Shown here one piece after another: positions 61,454 through 64,000 of a stretch of 64,000 bases of DNA. A program made the position numbers and the translations under genes. Below the pieces are notes generated by a model. It searched no databases. It had not been told where the DNA came from and saw only the letters and a list, made by a program, of their open reading frames with translations. The DNA is from Chthonobacter albigriseus (GTDB lineage: Bacteria > Pseudomonadota > Alphaproteobacteria > Rhizobiales > Pleomorphomonadaceae), in NCBI RefSeq assembly GCF_013839445.1, contig NZ_JACDIT010000001.1, positions 860,658 through 924,657 on the forward strand. The letters run 5' to 3'. How positions within the stretch are numbered: the first letter of the stretch is position 1; each line of letters begins with the position of its first letter.

Positions 61454-64000
61454 ATGACCCCTGCCGCTCCGCCCGGACCCGATCGAATGACCGGCGCCGC
61501 TCCGGCCGATGACCGGAAACCGCCTTCCGGGCTGATCGGCTCCGTGGAGGCTGCCGTGCATGGCCGGGAGGAGACGCGCTCCGGCCGGGCCATCCCGTTC
61601 GCCTTCGGCGCCGCATCGGCGATGGTGATGCTGTCACTGGCGATCGAGATCGCGCGCAGCGGCTCGGCGGACGTGGCGCTCGTCGCCGGGGCCGCATTCG
61701 CTGCGGCGCTTGCGGCAACGGCGGCGTTGATCCTGCGCTCGGATGCCGGCAAGCGGATCGGCGCGGCCGGCGGGAGGCGGCCCGTGTCCGCGGCCGTATC
61801 GCCGCTGGTGGAGACCGCCGAGGACGCCCGCTGGGAAGCGCATGCGTCCATGGACCATTCGGGCCCCGGTCCACACACCGACCGGGACGCCGAGCACGAG
61901 ACCGACTTGGACCATGCAGGCGACCTGGTGCTCGGGGTGGCCAGCGACGGGCGCGTCTTCGAAGCGAGCCCGGCGGTCGCCGCCCTGTTGGGATCGCCGC
62001 TGTCGGCCATCGTCGGCACCCCCTACGCGGCCATCGCAGGCAGGATCGCGGCCCTCAACGGCGATGCCGACCCGTCCGCCACCACCGTTCCGGACGCGGC
62101 GGTCGGGGCCCCCGCGGTCGCGCAGGCGTCGGACCCTGCCCACGGCACGGACCCCTGGACGGCGCTCCGCGCCCGGCTCGGCCCGACGCCCGAGCACACG
62201 CCGCAGGATCTCGAGGAAATCGGTGGATCGGCCGCGCCGCGGCTGGCAGGGGACATGCCGCTCCGGACCCCCGAGGGGGTCCGCTGGTTCGCCTGGAGCG
62301 AAACGCCGGTCATCCGCAACGGCGCCGTGGTCGGCTTCCGGGTGATCGGCCGCAACATCACGGACCGGAAGGCGATCGAGGAGGCTCTTTCGGTCGCACG
62401 CGACCAGGCGGAGGCCGCCAGCGCCGCCAAGTCGCGCTTCGTTGCCATGGTCAGCCACGAGATCCGGACACCGCTCAACGGCATCCTGGGAATGACCGGA
62501 CTGTTGCTGCAGACCCCGCTCACGGCCGAGCAGCGCACCTACGCGCGCGCCGTGGAGACCTCGGGAGAAGCGCTGCTGCTGCTGATCGAGGATCTCTTGG
62601 ACTTCGCCAAGATCGAGGCAGGCCGGCTCGACCTGGCGCCGCGACCGGTGGCACTTGCCGAGACGATCGAGGAACTGGTCGAGTTGATGGCCCCGCGCGC
62701 CCACGCCAAAGGAATCGAGCTCGCAGCCTATGTGGACCCGCGCCTTCCGCGGGAGGTGGTCGCCGACCCGGTGCGGCTTAAGCAGATCCTGTTCAATCTC
62801 GCCGGCAACGGCATCAAGTTCACGGCGGAGGGCGGCGTTGCGATCGAAGTGACGCCCGCCGACGACGGTGAGGTGGACGGCGCGGTGCGGATCCAGTTCC
62901 AGGTGCGCGACACGGGGATCGGGATCAGTTCCGACGACGCGGAGCGGGTGTTCGGCGAGTTCGAGCAGGCCGATCCGGGGCCGGCCCGCAGCTACGGGGG
63001 CACCGGGCTGGGCCTTGCGATCGCGCGCCGCCTCGTTCGCCTGATGGGAGGCGACATCCGGCTCGATTCGGCACCGGGCGCGGGCGCCTGCTTTTCCTTC
63101 ACGGTCGCGTTCGCCGTTCGTGCGCACGGCATCGCGCCGGCGGAACCCACCGTCGACTTCGCCTCCGCCGGGCTCGGTGCGCGGGCCGCGCAGGCCGCGC
63201 TCGCCGCGACGTTCGGGCGCGACCTGCTCTCCATCGCGCCAACATCCCGCGCCGATCCAGCGGGCGATGCCCTCGCCGGCCGGCGCATCCTGGTGGTGTC
63301 GCATGCCCTGGTGGAAGGGCCGCTGGTGCTCCGCCGCCTGTTCGACTACGGCGCCGACGTTGAGCTGGTCCTGCAGAAGGACCTCGAATCCGTTCTGGCC
63401 CGGATCGGAACGCCCGACGTGATCCTGGTGGACGCCACGGCGCTGGACCCGTTGCCGGTGATCGACCGGATCCGTGCGATGTGCGAAGCGCCGGCGGGCG
63501 TGCTGGTCGATCCGCGGCAGCGCCCGCTGCTGCCGGACCTGCAGGCGTCCGGCTACGGCGCCTATCTGGTCAAGCCGGTGCGCGCGCGCTCGCTGATCCT
63601 GGCGGTACAGGCGCTGCTGGGTGAGGCGCGCTTCGGCTCCGGCGACGTCGAACCGCCTGACGCTGCGGGTGGGGTCGTCCTGCCGGTGCGCCGTTTGCGC
63701 GTGCTGGTGTGCGACGACAACGAGATCAACGTGCTGCTCGGCCGCGGCATGGTGGAGAAATTCGGCCACGAGGTGGTGACGGCGGCGGACGGGAGGCGTG
63801 CGATCGTCCAGATGGAGGAAGCGGCCGCCGGCCGGGCGCTACCGCTCGACCTGGTCCTGATGGACCTCCACATGCCCGAAATGGACGGCATCGAGGCCGC
63901 TCGCGGCATCCGAGCCATCGCCAACCGCGCCGGTGTCACGCCGCCCCGGATCGTGGCGCTGACCGCCGACATGATGCCGGAGACCCGGGAGGCCTGCGAG
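61454..64000 (+). CDS. Hybrid sensor histidine kinase/response regulator (5' partial; continues beyond window)
   Basis: Absent from the ORF track because the frame stays open to the window end. By manual translation: H-box [14 protein letters not shown] (~62450), N-box GNGIKFT (~62805), G1 DTGIGI, G2 GGTGLGLAI, then a REC domain ([12 protein letters not shown]…[11 protein letters not shown], ~63700-63900). The ATG at 61454 is the first in-frame Met found; the true start is uncertain. Confidence 0.7.
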   Translation, partial: MTPAAPPGPDRMTGAAPADDRKPPSGLIGSVEAAVHGREETRSGRAIPFAFGAASAMVMLSLAIEIARSGSADVALVAGAAFAAALAATAALILRSDAGKRIGAAGGRRPVSAAVSPLVETAEDARWEAHASMDHSGPGPHTDRDAEHETDLDHAGDLVLGVASDGRVFEASPAVAALLGSPLSAIVGTPYAAIAGRIAALNGDADPSATTVPDAAVGAPAVAQASDPAHGTDPWTALRARLGPTPEHTPQDLEEIGGSAAPRLAGDMPLRTPEGVRWFAWSETPVIRNGAVVGFRVIGRNITDRKAIEEALSVARDQAEAASAAKSRFVAMVSHEIRTPLNGILGMTGLLLQTPLTAEQRTYARAVETSGEALLLLIEDLLDFAKIEAGRLDLAPRPVALAETIEELVELMAPRAHAKGIELAAYVDPRLPREVVADPVRLKQILFNLAGNGIKFTAEGGVAIEVTPADDGEVDGAVRIQFQVRDTGIGISSDDAERVFGEFEQADPGPARSYGGTGLGLAIARRLVRLMGGDIRLDSAPGAGACFSFTVAFAVRAHGIAPAEPTVDFASAGLGARAAQAALAATFGRDLLSIAPTSRADPAGDALAGRRILVVSHALVEGPLVLRRLFDYGADVELVLQKDLESVLARIGTPDVILVDATALDPLPVIDRIRAMCEAPAGVLVDPRQRPLLPDLQASGYGAYLVKPVRARSLILAVQALLGEARFGSGDVEPPDAAGGVVLPVRRLRVLVCDDNEINVLLGRGMVEKFGHEVVTAADGRRAIVQMEEAAAGRALPLDLVLMDLHMPEMDGIEAARGIRAIANRAGVTPPRIVALTADMMPETREACE

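Noticed and set aside
60714-63769. Large minus-strand ORFs (375, 386, 711 aa) at the window end
   Set aside because: Antisense to the clearly motif-bearing hybrid histidine kinase on the plus strand. Arg/Pro/Gly-dominated composition.

Overview
High-GC (~65-68%) alphaproteobacterial chromosome, Rhizobiales-like by gene content and synteny. The window is dense with conserved housekeeping genes on both strands. Main blocks: murJ; maeB; nth; an AraC-HTH/MGMT (Ada-like) fusion; a GNAT-gpmA-dapB-hydrolase block; infC (ATT start); pheT-pheS-rplT-rpmI; a GtrA/polytopic membrane protein/OlsB envelope cluster; terC; lepA; a GNAT-MarR-methyltransferase group; dnaK-dnaJ with a sigma32-type promoter; an SPFH protein; an aminotransferase/GlnA-like pair; recR-ybaB-dnaX with the SRP RNA (ffs) upstream; a yejA-yejA-yejB-yejE-yejF peptide ABC transporter; an MCP; grpE-hrcA; rph-rdgB-hemW; lpoA-like/rsmI-yraN; gshB; a comM/yifB-type ATPase; and the 5' part of a hybrid sensor kinase. 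No tRNA, rRNA, CRISPR or transposase was seen. The clearest accessory signal is a low-GC two-gene toxin-antitoxin-like cassette (small protein plus PIN-domain protein) inserted between yejE and yejF. Both of its junctions show 4-bp ATGA stop/start overlaps, suggesting translational coupling. Other unexplained structure: a family of ~40-bp REP-like palindromes in two intergenic loci, a ~270-bp MITE-like palindrome with 33-bp terminal inverted repeats, a 59-aa small membrane ORF below the ORF-track cutoff whose SD lies in a hairpin, and unusually long leaders before rpmI-rplT and infC. Many long ORFs in the six-frame track are GC-driven artefacts in alternative frames or antisense to real genes.
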